Shown here: positions 6,823-15,984 of the stretch, in pieces | Position numbering within the stretch: position 1 is the first letter of the stretch | Layout: each line of letters starts with the position of its first letter | Virus record (IMG/VR): IMGVR_UViG_3300012944_000032 | Direction: 5' to 3' (one strand) | DNA from: a virus | DNA length: 43,988 nucleotides | The notes under the pieces: generated by a model | Seen by the model: the letters and a program-made list of their open reading frames with translations, nothing else | Told to the model about the DNA's origin: nothing | The model's database searches: none | Made by a program: the position numbers and the translations under genes

Positions 6823-7002
6823 ATGGCGATTGGTCCATCAGGTGGAATGCTTAAGAAAGTATTTGACCCATCTACTATGAAAAGGAAGACTAAGGCAGCT
6901 CTTGGATATGCTAAGAGCGGTGGTCCAGATATTAAGAGTGCTAAGCCGTTCACAAAAGGCTCTAAAGGTTTGAAGTTAATGAATAGTAAAGGTGAAGACT
7001 AA
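6823..7002 (+). CDS. Small basic protein (59 aa), below the ORF-track cutoff
   Basis: AAGGAG lies 9 nt upstream of the ATG. My translation is MAIGPSGGMLKKVF...NSKGED. TAATG overlap with the next ORF. Confidence 0.6.
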   Translation: MAIGPSGGMLKKVFDPSTMKRKTKAALGYAKSGGPDIKSAKPFTKGSKGLKLMNSKGED

Positions 7003-7160
7003 TGCCTGCTAAATCTGAAAAACAATATAAATTTATGCAGATGATGGCTCACAATCCTGAGAAGAAAAAGACTAAGGGACCAGGACCATCACCAGAAGTA
7101 GCGGAAGAATTTATTAAGAAGACTCCTGCTGCAAAACGTAAGCAATTTGCAAAGAAGTAA
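7002..7160 (+). CDS. Small protein (52 aa), DUF3008-like
   Basis: My translation is MPAKSEKQYKFMQMMAHNPEKKKTKG...KRKQFAKK. The MPAKSxKQxxFM opening resembles DUF3008. The stop abuts the portal ATG. Confidence 0.5.
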   Translation: MPAKSEKQYKFMQMMAHNPEKKKTKGPGPSPEVAEEFIKKTPAAKRKQFAKK

Positions 7161-9491
7161 ATGACAGCAAAAGAACAAAGAAATGATAAGGTTCGTAACT
7201 TGCTTAAGCAGGTTGCAAATCATTTCGACCAAGAGGATAGAGCCGCTCGTGAGCGTCAATTAAGGAATTGGCGGCGGCTCAAGCTCCTTTGGGAAGGATT
7301 TCAGAGAGTATGGTACTCTGAAGTTGCTCATGATTGGCGCATTTGGGACGAAGAGATTAGCAACGCCGATAACGACCAGGCGTTTTATGATAAACCAATC
7401 AACGTATTTCGTGCCTATTTGGAATCTCTAATAGCTGCATTGTCAATTACGATTCCGGGTATTAAATGTTATCCTGACGATGCAGATAATCCTTTAGATT
7501 TAAGTACAGCTAAAGCTGGTGATAAAATTGCAGAATTAATTTATAGACATAATGATGCACCTATTCTCTGGTTGCATGCATTGTATATTAATATGACTGA
7601 GGGTATGACTGCTTGCTACTCATATCCTAAAGCAGATAATAAATTTGGAACTTATAAAGAGAATGAATATAAAGATGAAACTTCAGAAGTTTACATTTGT
7701 CCATTCTGTCAGCAGCAATTAGATGATGATTTATTTACTAAGCAGGAAGTTGATGAGTTTCAGCCAGATGATGACGATGTAGAACTTCATGATATCATTC
7801 TGAATCAAAATAAAGTAGTTTGCCCACAGTGCGCAACAATGTTAGACCCAGACTTGCAGAAGAGTTCACTAGTTGTTACTAGACTTGTTGGACAGAAAGA
7901 TGTTCCAAAGTCTAGAATTTGCATGGAAGCATATGGTGGTTTGTACGTAAAGGTACCAAATTATGCGATGAAACAGGAAGATATTCCATATTTAATCTTT
8001 AGTTACGAAACACATTATTCTAATGCTCTTGACAGATATGAACATTTGAGAGCTAAGTATACTGGCACTGGCAAGATTGGTGCTGCTGGCGGAGGAATGT
8101 ACGACCCGTATGAGCAATGGGCTAGACTCTCACCTCAATATCGTGGTGAGTATCCTACTAATAATGTTACTGTTCGCAATTGTTGGCTTCGCACTTCTGC
8201 TTTTAATATTTTAGCTAACGAAGAAGATATTGCTTTATTGAAGAAAGAATATCCTGATGGGGCTAAATTAGTTCTAGTTAACGATGAATGGGCCGAAGAC
8301 GAAAATGAGAGTCTTGATGATTGCTGGACCATTATCAAGAATCCTCTATCTGATTACATTCATTATTATCCTACAGGCTCATTGCTAGTTAGTGTACAGG
8401 ATATCACAAGTGACTTGATTAGTTTGGTATTGCAAACGATTGAACATGGTATTCAGCAGACATTTGCTGACCCTGGGGTTTTGAATTTTGAGAAGTACCG
8501 CCAAGCTGAAACAATGCCTGGTGGGGTATATCCTGCCATTCCTAAGACTGGTAAGTCGGTTAGTGATGGATTTTTTGAGACTAGAACTGCTACGCTGAGT
8601 CAGGAAGTGTTGCCATTTTTCAATATGATTCAGACGCTAGGTCAATCAGTTTCAGGAGCACAGCCTAGCCTATTTGGTGGGCAGCTTAGCGGCTCGAGAA
8701 CTGCATCTGAGTATTCAATGTCTAGAGCACAAGCTCTGCAGAGACTTCAGAATACTTGGAAGACATATACTCTTTGGTGGAAGACAATCTTTGCTAAAGT
8801 TATCCCAATGTATATTAAAGAAGTTCAAGAAGATGAGAAATCTGTTGAAAAGAATGAACAGGGTAATTTTATCAATGTATTCATTCGTAAAGCAGAACTC
8901 GAAGGTAGAATTGGTCGTATTGAACTAGAAGCCAACGAGAATCTACCAATTACATGGTCTCAACGTAAAGATACTTATATGGATTTGCTAAAACTTCAAA
9001 ATCCAGAAATCCTGAAAGCTCTTGCAGACCCAGAGAACGTTAAGTCTCTTGTTGAAGCTATTGGACTTGATGACTTTACTGTTCCTGGAGAAGATGATAG
9101 ACAAAAGCAGTATGAAGAAATTAGACTTCTAATTAATTCTGAACCTATTACGGTACCGGCTGACCCACAGCAAGTGGTAATGGCGTCTATGCAAGGAATG
9201 CCGCCTCCCCTGGATATTGAATTACCATCAGTTGAAATTGATCCTGACTTAGATAATCATGATATTGAAGCAGAGACATGTCGTACTTATCTAGTATCTG
9301 ATGCTGGACGGTTACTTAAACTTGAGAACCCGCTTGGCTATAAGAACGTGTTACTGCATATGAAAATGCACATGCAGGAAATTAAAATGAGCATGGCTCC
9401 CCCACAACAGCCTGGAATGCCATCTCCACCACAGCCAGCAGGCAGTAATATGCCTCTAGCAGGAAATTCAAATGTTGCTGCACAAACTTAA
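7161..9491 (+). CDS. Portal protein (776 aa)
   Basis: Size and position (terminase, then this ORF, then scaffold, then capsid). Contains an inserted CxxC...CxxC element at 7698..7832. Confidence 0.7.
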   Translation: MTAKEQRNDKVRNLLKQVANHFDQEDRAARERQLRNWRRLKLLWEGFQRVWYSEVAHDWRIWDEEISNADNDQAFYDKPINVFRAYLESLIAALSITIPGIKCYPDDADNPLDLSTAKAGDKIAELIYRHNDAPILWLHALYINMTEGMTACYSYPKADNKFGTYKENEYKDETSEVYICPFCQQQLDDDLFTKQEVDEFQPDDDDVELHDIILNQNKVVCPQCATMLDPDLQKSSLVVTRLVGQKDVPKSRICMEAYGGLYVKVPNYAMKQEDIPYLIFSYETHYSNALDRYEHLRAKYTGTGKIGAAGGGMYDPYEQWARLSPQYRGEYPTNNVTVRNCWLRTSAFNILANEEDIALLKKEYPDGAKLVLVNDEWAEDENESLDDCWTIIKNPLSDYIHYYPTGSLLVSVQDITSDLISLVLQTIEHGIQQTFADPGVLNFEKYRQAETMPGGVYPAIPKTGKSVSDGFFETRTATLSQEVLPFFNMIQTLGQSVSGAQPSLFGGQLSGSRTASEYSMSRAQALQRLQNTWKTYTLWWKTIFAKVIPMYIKEVQEDEKSVEKNEQGNFINVFIRKAELEGRIGRIELEANENLPITWSQRKDTYMDLLKLQNPEILKALADPENVKSLVEAIGLDDFTVPGEDDRQKQYEEIRLLINSEPITVPADPQQVVMASMQGMPPPLDIELPSVEIDPDLDNHDIEAETCRTYLVSDAGRLLKLENPLGYKNVLLHMKMHMQEIKMSMAPPQQPGMPSPPQPAGSNMPLAGNSNVAAQT

Positions 9492-10782
9492 TCTGACACC
9501 GTTCTTTGCTCCTGTAGATACTAGTAATGGCGTTGGTGCTATCGAAGATAAAGCATTATCACGTGATGAAGTTATTGACATGCTCGGTGAAGACGAGCCA
9601 GAATCAGAAACTCTTGAATTGGAAAAGCCTGCGAAAAAAGCAGCTAAAGATAATAATGAAGAAGATAAAGAAGAAGATAAAGATGATAAGGAAGAAAAAG
9701 AAAAGACCTTAGAAGAGGAAATTGAAGAGGAACTTGAAGAACCAGATGAAGACAAGTTAGAACTGACTGTTCCTATTCGTCGTAAGGAAGTTCTTGCAAA
9801 GTATCCTAATATCTTCAAAGAGTTTCCAGCTCTTGAAACATCTATGTATCGCGAAAGAGCTTATACAGAGATTCTTCCAACTATCGATGATGCAAAGATG
9901 GCAGTTGAAAAATCAGAAAGGCTGGATACTTATGAAAATGAAATTCTAAACGGTTCAACAGAATCTATTCTGACAGCCGTTCTCAACTCTGATAAAGACT
10001 CATTCAATAAAGTTATAGATAATTATCTCCCTACATTGTACAAGGTTAATGAAGCAGCTTATTATCATACTCTTGGAAATGTAATTAAGCATACCATTAT
10101 GACGATGGTTAAAGATGGGAAAGATAATGGTATTGATGATTTGATTGCAGCCGCCGATGTTGTTAATCAGTACATCTTTGGCAGCAAACAATTCACGCCA
10201 CCTCAGAAACTCTCTACTGATAGTGCAAAGAGTAAAGAAGTTAACGAAGTAGAAGAGAGAGAACAGAAGTTCGTTCAGCGTCAGTTTGATACGGCTAGGG
10301 ATAGTGTTACCACTAAAACAGAGAATATCCTAAAAGCTACGATTGATAAAAACATTGACCCCAATGAGTCAATGACTAATTATGTTAAGAAGAATGCTAC
10401 TCGTGAAGCGTACGAGCAGTTAGAATCTACTATTGCAGTCGATTCCAGATTTCGGATTGTTTTGGATAAACTCTGGGAGAAGGCTTTTAGTGATGATTTT
10501 AGCACAGAGTCAATGGACAGAATCAAATCAGCCTACTTGTCCAAGGCAAAGACTCTACTGCCATCTATTATCAAGAAGAATAGGAATGAAGCACTTAAAG
10601 GACTCGGTAAGCGAGTCCGAGATGATGATGAAGATACTAATAAGAGAGATAAGAGAGGTCCACTACCTGTTGGCAAGGCAAGGAGTCAATCCACCTCCCC
10701 TCAAAGTGGAAAGACAGTAAAGGACCAAGCTAGAGCCATTCCAAAAGGAACGAGCACTCTAGACTACTTGATGCGAGATTGA
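9472..10782 (+). CDS. Scaffolding protein
   Basis: Highly acidic and Lys-rich, helical (EEDKEEDKDDKEEKEKTLEEEIEEELEE). Lies between portal and capsid. Confidence 0.6.
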   Translation: MLLHKLNLTPFFAPVDTSNGVGAIEDKALSRDEVIDMLGEDEPESETLELEKPAKKAAKDNNEEDKEEDKDDKEEKEKTLEEEIEEELEEPDEDKLELTVPIRRKEVLAKYPNIFKEFPALETSMYRERAYTEILPTIDDAKMAVEKSERLDTYENEILNGSTESILTAVLNSDKDSFNKVIDNYLPTLYKVNEAAYYHTLGNVIKHTIMTMVKDGKDNGIDDLIAAADVVNQYIFGSKQFTPPQKLSTDSAKSKEVNEVEEREQKFVQRQFDTARDSVTTKTENILKATIDKNIDPNESMTNYVKKNATREAYEQLESTIAVDSRFRIVLDKLWEKAFSDDFSTESMDRIKSAYLSKAKTLLPSIIKKNRNEALKGLGKRVRDDDEDTNKRDKRGPLPVGKARSQSTSPQSGKTVKDQARAIPKGTSTLDYLMRD

Positions 10783-10792
10783 GGATACTAAC

Positions 10793-12040
10793 ATGGCACT
10801 TGTTGAGTCTCAAGTCACAGCACTTGAGCTTGAAAGAGTAATCCCGAAGATTCGTACTCTCTTTGAGAGAGACGATAAGTTCTTTTCAAACATTCAGAAG
10901 AGGGATGTTGAAAAGATTTCTAACCGTCAGATGCGAGTTCCTCTTGAACTGCGTCCCGGTGGCTCATTTCAGTATTTCAATCCTGATGGTGGAGATTTGG
11001 GACGTGGTGGTGGACCAACCTTCGATAAGGCTGTTCTCTCATGCGTGTTCGTCTCAGAGAATATTGAATATACCAAGCTAGCTCAGTGGGCAACCGATGA
11101 TGATAGAAAGTCTATTGTCAATGGTGTGCGTCGTCTTACAGCTACGGCATTAGATGAACTCCGGCGTCAGCTGGATTCTCAGATGATGCAGGCTGGAAAT
11201 GGTGTTATTGGTACTGTTACCACTGATACACCTGCCGGTGGAAGCAATGTTATTACACTAACAACTGATGGATTTGGTGCTCGTCTGATGCGCTTTGGTC
11301 AGACAGTTCAAGTCTTTAACGCTGCCCTCTCAACAAATCGTGGTAGCGGTCTTATCACGAATTGGGATGTTGAGAACAAAACCATTAGTATCACTCCTCA
11401 GATTGCTGGTGTGATTGGTACTGATGTGATTGTTACCAACGGCATCACTGCACCAACTGCATTGCCTGCTCTGTTTGGTATTCCATACCATCATAGCAAT
11501 GCTTCTACTGGTACGTGGCTTGGATTCTCCAGGAGCACTACACCAGAGATTCGTGCAAACAGAGTGAATGCAGCTTCGGCTGCTCTCACATTGCCTCTGC
11601 CACGTCTTGCTATCAATAAGATTGGTAACAGGATTGGTATTGACAACGACTTCTCTCCAAATGCATGGATGCATCCTGCTCAGAAGGCAGCTTATGAAGA
11701 GATTGGGCAGCTCATGTCCACTATCTTCAAGAAGCCTACTGATGAAAGTCTTAACGTCTATTTCGATGGAATGCAGATGGCTGGCGCACCAGTCAAATGT
11801 TCATTCAATTGGGATAAGACACGTATTGACTTCGTAACGGATTCAGTGTGGGGACGTGGTGAAATTCTCCCACTTGGATTCTATACTACTGATGGAAGGA
11901 ATATCTTTGAAATTCGTGGGGCATCTGGCGGTGTTGCTACGGCAGAGATCTTCTACATGGTTATTGGTACTCAGACATTCGTCAATAACCCTGCTGGCTG
12001 TGCATTCATTGACACGCTAGCCGTTCCTTCGGGGTATTAA
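10793..12040 (+). CDS. Major capsid protein
   Basis: 415-aa ORF after the scaffold. GAGGA SD. Called by position and size. Confidence 0.65.
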   Translation: MALVESQVTALELERVIPKIRTLFERDDKFFSNIQKRDVEKISNRQMRVPLELRPGGSFQYFNPDGGDLGRGGGPTFDKAVLSCVFVSENIEYTKLAQWATDDDRKSIVNGVRRLTATALDELRRQLDSQMMQAGNGVIGTVTTDTPAGGSNVITLTTDGFGARLMRFGQTVQVFNAALSTNRGSGLITNWDVENKTISITPQIAGVIGTDVIVTNGITAPTALPALFGIPYHHSNASTGTWLGFSRSTTPEIRANRVNAASAALTLPLPRLAINKIGNRIGIDNDFSPNAWMHPAQKAAYEEIGQLMSTIFKKPTDESLNVYFDGMQMAGAPVKCSFNWDKTRIDFVTDSVWGRGEILPLGFYTTDGRNIFEIRGASGGVATAEIFYMVIGTQTFVNNPAGCAFIDTLAVPSGY

Positions 12041-12041
12041 C

Positions 12042-12257
12042 ATGGCAGCAACAGTAACAGTGACAGGAACTGCTGGACCAGGACTTACCGTTACAGCAGT
12101 TGTATTTACTAACGTAACATCTTTTCAAGTTGATACAGTCAACAATATGTTAAACATGATTCAGGGTAGTGTTCCATTGCCTGGCATTGCTGTGCAAGCG
12201 GCTACTACTGTTACCGCTACGAAGAGTGGTAGCACTTGGACACTAACAATTAGCTAA
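12042..12257 (+). CDS. Small Thr/Val-rich virion-associated protein (71 aa)
   Basis: Immediately follows the capsid gene. All-beta composition. Confidence 0.6.
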   Translation: MAATVTVTGTAGPGLTVTAVVFTNVTSFQVDTVNNMLNMIQGSVPLPGIAVQAATTVTATKSGSTWTLTIS

Positions 12258-12292
12258 CTAGGAATCTATCTTTATGGTGGAGGAGGAAAAGA

Positions 12293-12598
12293 ATGATTCC
12301 AGGTCTAACAACAAAGTTATCAGAAACTAACGTAGCAGCAGCTGCATCTATTTTTGCAAAATCTGACGTTGTCAGGGTTACTGACACTACTAGCACCACA
12401 GTACTGACCACAATCGTACCAGGTGGTGCTGGTTTTAGTCAGGTAATCTTTTTGCAAAACAAAACAGCTGCTGCAATTACTATTGTTACTACTGGAAATG
12501 TTTCCGGTCAGGGCACATTTACTATTGCAATAAATAGAATGGCTGTATTGGTATTTAGTAAGTTAGAAGCTAAATGGTCAGTTTGCAACGACACGTAA
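12293..12598 (+). CDS. Small beta-rich protein, paralog family member 1
   Basis: Strong SD GGAGGAGG. Shares TTIVPGG...TTGNVSG...MAVLVFS...W with the next two ORFs. Confidence 0.7.
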   Translation: MIPGLTTKLSETNVAAAASIFAKSDVVRVTDTTSTTVLTTIVPGGAGFSQVIFLQNKTAAAITIVTTGNVSGQGTFTIAINRMAVLVFSKLEAKWSVCNDT

Positions 12599-12610
12599 AG
12601 GAGAATTTAA

Positions 12611-12922
12611 ATGCCGGACCTTAGTTTCCAGGATATCTCTACAGTACAAAATTCACTGCAGCCTAAACCTGTAACATTCGTGGCTGCAGCTACTATTTCT
12701 CCAGTAACATTTCTTACAATTCTTACTGGTAACACATCGGTATCAACGATTGTACCGCCTGTTACTGGTTCACATATGTTGGCTATTGTTCCTGGTACCA
12801 CTCTTGGTTTTACTACTGGTGGTAACGTGACTGGTGGAACAACTACTATTTCTGGAAGAGCAGTATTGCTTGTATACAATCCATTGACTAATGGGTATGC
12901 TGCTCAGTTTTCGAATGGGTAA
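12611..12922 (+). CDS. Small beta-rich protein, paralog family member 2
   Basis: SD AAGGAG. Shares STIVPPV...TTGGNVTG...RAVLLVYN. Confidence 0.7.
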   Translation: MPDLSFQDISTVQNSLQPKPVTFVAAATISPVTFLTILTGNTSVSTIVPPVTGSHMLAIVPGTTLGFTTGGNVTGGTTTISGRAVLLVYNPLTNGYAAQFSNG

Positions 12923-12970
12923 CTAGACAAGGAGTGGGGTGCGCATACACATCACGCACACTGGAGTGTT

Positions 12971-13243
12971 ATGGTTTCATTAAGTTTAGGAAGTCCTTTA
13001 ACTGTTATTGATAATACTATTACACCTACTCATGATGTTCATCGTGTCTCTGGTGAATATCCAGCTGTTATTAAAACTATTAATATTCCAAATCCGAGTT
13101 TTTGTGGTATGTTAATATTAATTGTAGATGGCTGGCTTGCATTTGAGGCTGGAGGAAATGTTATACCAAGCTCTGCACATGACCAACAACCAACTATTTT
13201 GATATATGACACTGTAATAGAAAAATGGTGCCCAAGTGCATAA
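12971..13243 (+). CDS. Small beta-rich protein, paralog family member 3
   Basis: Shares KTINIPNP...EAGGNVIP...TILIYD...W. Confidence 0.65.
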   Translation: MVSLSLGSPLTVIDNTITPTHDVHRVSGEYPAVIKTINIPNPSFCGMLILIVDGWLAFEAGGNVIPSSAHDQQPTILIYDTVIEKWCPSA

Positions 13244-13274
13244 TATAATTTTATATTGCCAGAATTGAGTAGGC

Positions 13275-14489
13275 ATGACTAAAGTTTTAGTAGCTGTTCC
13301 AACTGGTGAAACATCTAGATATGCTACTTTCTATGATTATTATAATCAATTAGAGAGGGCTGAAGGAACTCTTCATATGTTTGCTAGAGGCCAATCACCG
13401 GCTAAAGGCAGAAATATGATGATTCAGGCAGCTATTGATAATGAATGCACTCACATCTTATTTCTTGATGACGATGTAATTCCTCCGTCAGATATTCTTA
13501 AGAAGTTGCTAGCTCATGATAAAGATGTAGTATCAGGTCTCTATCCAATGAGGGATTTTCCACATTATCCAGTAATATTCGACAAGAGATTTCAAAACGG
13601 ATTTAATAGACACACTCATCTCAAGAGTGAAATTGACGGTCTAATTGAAATTACTAATTGTGGTTTTGGATGTGTATTGATTAAGATGCACGTTTTTAAT
13701 CTACTTAAAAAGCCTTGGGTTACTCTTGGTGAGTTAGAAGCTGACGGCTGGTGTGATGACATTGCATTCTTCAATAAACTTGGGGATGCTGGCATCAAAA
13801 TGTACTGTGATACCAGCGTACTTGTTGACCACATGATGACAATTCATGTTGGTTTTAGACGTGTTAATGATAGTTGGATGATTAATTATGATAATCGGGG
13901 TAAAGGTAATTTACAGTTTCCAATTACATATCCATCTTCTGACGTTGATATTGCAAGGCGTATCGATGGATGGTTATCAGATAAAGAATTAGATTTTCTT
14001 GGGGTAGCTGGTAAGACATACAAATATATCCTCGAGGTTGGTTCTTATAAGGGTAAGTCAGCTAGGGCATTTGCAGATAATACATCTGGACAAGTAATGT
14101 GCATTGATACATGGAATTCTGTTGTTTGTGGTGCAGATGGTAAGCCAATCTACACAACAAATGATGCTACTTATGTAGATTTTGTAAAGAATTTACAAGA
14201 ACATATCGAAACTAAGAAGGTAATTATCAATAGAATGAATTACAAAGATTTTGTTCCCAATGGTTTCAAGCCTGACTTTATTTTCATTGACGCTGCTCAT
14301 GATTATGAATCAGCAAAGCATGATATTGAAAAATCTATGTCAATGAATCCTTGGATTATTGCAGGTCATGACTATGATTCAAAAGTATGGCCTGGCGTCG
14401 TTAAAGCTGTGGATGAAAAATTCAGCAAAATCAACCTCGTTGATACAATTTGGTGGGTGGAAAATGACAGATTTGGTGAATCCGTTTGA
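13275..14489 (+). CDS. Bifunctional GT-A glycosyltransferase / class I SAM-dependent methyltransferase fusion
   Basis: N-terminal half is paralogous to 3110..3799 (LFLDDDV). C-terminal half has GWLSDKE, ILEVGSYKGKSARAFA, FIFIDAAHDYES and AGHDY, a Methyltransf_24-like pattern. Confidence 0.75.
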   Translation: MTKVLVAVPTGETSRYATFYDYYNQLERAEGTLHMFARGQSPAKGRNMMIQAAIDNECTHILFLDDDVIPPSDILKKLLAHDKDVVSGLYPMRDFPHYPVIFDKRFQNGFNRHTHLKSEIDGLIEITNCGFGCVLIKMHVFNLLKKPWVTLGELEADGWCDDIAFFNKLGDAGIKMYCDTSVLVDHMMTIHVGFRRVNDSWMINYDNRGKGNLQFPITYPSSDVDIARRIDGWLSDKELDFLGVAGKTYKYILEVGSYKGKSARAFADNTSGQVMCIDTWNSVVCGADGKPIYTTNDATYVDFVKNLQEHIETKKVIINRMNYKDFVPNGFKPDFIFIDAAHDYESAKHDIEKSMSMNPWIIAGHDYDSKVWPGVVKAVDEKFSKINLVDTIWWVENDRFGESV

Positions 14490-14700
14490 TCCTCTTGTTC
14501 CTGTTGAACCTGTAGTAGAACCAGAACCTGAAAAAAAACCTGTAGAACCAGAAGTACCAGTAGTAGAACCTGAGCCTACAGAAAAAGCAAAACTTCTTTT
14601 ATCTATTCAAGATGCACTAGCGGAGGCTAATGGACTTGAATCAAATATTGGTACTAGCCATCCATATTGGGGTTGGGTTAATAAGTATCGTGGAATGTAA
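14464..14700 (+). CDS. Small Pro/Glu/Val-repeat protein (78 aa)
   Basis: ATG at 14464 within the longer ORF 14359..14700. Sequence is VPVEPVVEPEPEKKPVEPEVPVVEPEP. Overlaps the 3' end of the GT-MTase gene. Confidence 0.5.
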   Translation: MTDLVNPFDPLVPVEPVVEPEPEKKPVEPEVPVVEPEPTEKAKLLLSIQDALAEANGLESNIGTSHPYWGWVNKYRGM

Positions 14701-15284
14701 TGGAAATCAATGAACCAGTAGAGTCAATTAACGCTTCGTTAGTTGACTATTACGGCGTAGATACAATCACAGGTGATCCTATCTGGCGTGTTGTATGGTC
14801 AGAGGATCAATTTGAACATAGGTTGGGAACGTATGATGATTTTGTTCCTAACACTGAAATATATCTCAGGACTGTAACTGAAGTTAGATACGTTCCTAAA
14901 TATAGACAATGGATTAAACAAAAATTCGTGTTGGAACGGCTGGTTGTTATTCCAGAATCTAACATTCCAGAGCTTCCTGCAACAAAAGTATCTTATGAAC
15001 CTATTTATGTATTTGAGACTGGTTCTGGTAAATATTTGCCACCTAATCTTCAAGCAGCTAAATTTGTTGTTGATACAATATATGCTGCTACCGGAAAGAG
15101 TTCTATGGCCAAATATAAAGATCCTGACGCCGGATTGAATAAAGAAGATCAGTTTGATAAGAAAGTTTCTGAAATTGATGCAATTCAAAAAGAATTGTTT
15201 GGTAATGAGTCCCTTGTAGGTGATGCCTTGGCACATGACCAGGCTATTGTTGTTCCACGTAACTACGAGAAAAAGGTGAATTGA
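14700..15284 (+). CDS. Virion structural protein (hypothetical)
   Basis: 194-aa ORF. ATGG/TAATG coupling inside the structural block. Confidence 0.65.
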   Translation: MEINEPVESINASLVDYYGVDTITGDPIWRVVWSEDQFEHRLGTYDDFVPNTEIYLRTVTEVRYVPKYRQWIKQKFVLERLVVIPESNIPELPATKVSYEPIYVFETGSGKYLPPNLQAAKFVVDTIYAATGKSSMAKYKDPDAGLNKEDQFDKKVSEIDAIQKELFGNESLVGDALAHDQAIVVPRNYEKKVN

Positions 15285-15285
15285 A

Positions 15286-15984
15286 ATGGGAGTTGTTGGT
15301 CAGTTTCCTCTAATGTCTGATTTGAAGCGCAGAACTATTCGTGCGCCAGTGAATCCGATGGATAAATGTACTGTAGTTTCCATTTACCCAAAACATATTC
15401 CACCTGAAACTAAGCCAACTATCCAACCTGGAGTGTTTCAGATTCCATATGGAACATACGAACATCCTGGTATTTTGGTGGTTGGTCCTAGTTCATGGTG
15501 GAAAGAGTTGGATGAGAATCAACCGTTACTTGAAATTCCACAGTCATCTATTCAAGTTGCGGACTCAATCGTTAAGGATTGGGCTAATGGTATTTATGGA
15601 TGTGATATGGGTGAACAGATGCCTGGATTGTTTTATCTTCCTGGTGAATGGACTGTAATTAAAATTAAAATGGAGAAACAAGCTGAACTTCAAGAAGCCA
15701 ATCGCAAACAGCGTAATTGGTTTCAGTTTCTAGTCAATTCAGCTGATTCTTCATGGGCTAGAACGAATGGTAGTCCACTCTCTATCAGTGATGATATGAG
15801 AATGGCTGCTCGTGAATTGAATCTTATTCAGAAAGAATGGCTTAGGGACGCTGAAATTGTTGATCTTGTTCGTTGCAAGGCTTGTGGTGCTCTAAAGAAT
15901 CCAGCTTATCCAATTTGCCCAAATTGCAAATCTATTGATGACCCAGCTAAAGCTAAAACACTTGGTTTGACGTTCGCACAATAA
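15286..15984 (+). CDS. Virion structural protein with a C-terminal zinc ribbon
   Basis: CKACGALKNPAYPICPNCKS at the C-terminus. Confidence 0.65.
   Translation: MGVVGQFPLMSDLKRRTIRAPVNPMDKCTVVSIYPKHIPPETKPTIQPGVFQIPYGTYEHPGILVVGPSSWWKELDENQPLLEIPQSSIQVADSIVKDWANGIYGCDMGEQMPGLFYLPGEWTVIKIKMEKQAELQEANRKQRNWFQFLVNSADSSWARTNGSPLSISDDMRMAARELNLIQKEWLRDAEIVDLVRCKACGALKNPAYPICPNCKSIDDPAKAKTLGLTFAQ

Noticed and set aside
9468-9818. 116-aa Ser-rich minus-strand ORF
   Set aside because: It is antisense to the Glu/Lys-rich repeat of the scaffold gene, and so is a compositional mirror artefact.
12042-12922. N-x-S/T sequons in the small capsid-proximal proteins as evidence for N-glycosylation
   Set aside because: There are only 1-3 sequons per protein, in Thr/Asn-rich sequences. 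The encoded GTs are GT-A type with no link to known bacterial N-glycosylation enzymes. I retain only the general idea that these proteins could be GT substrates.
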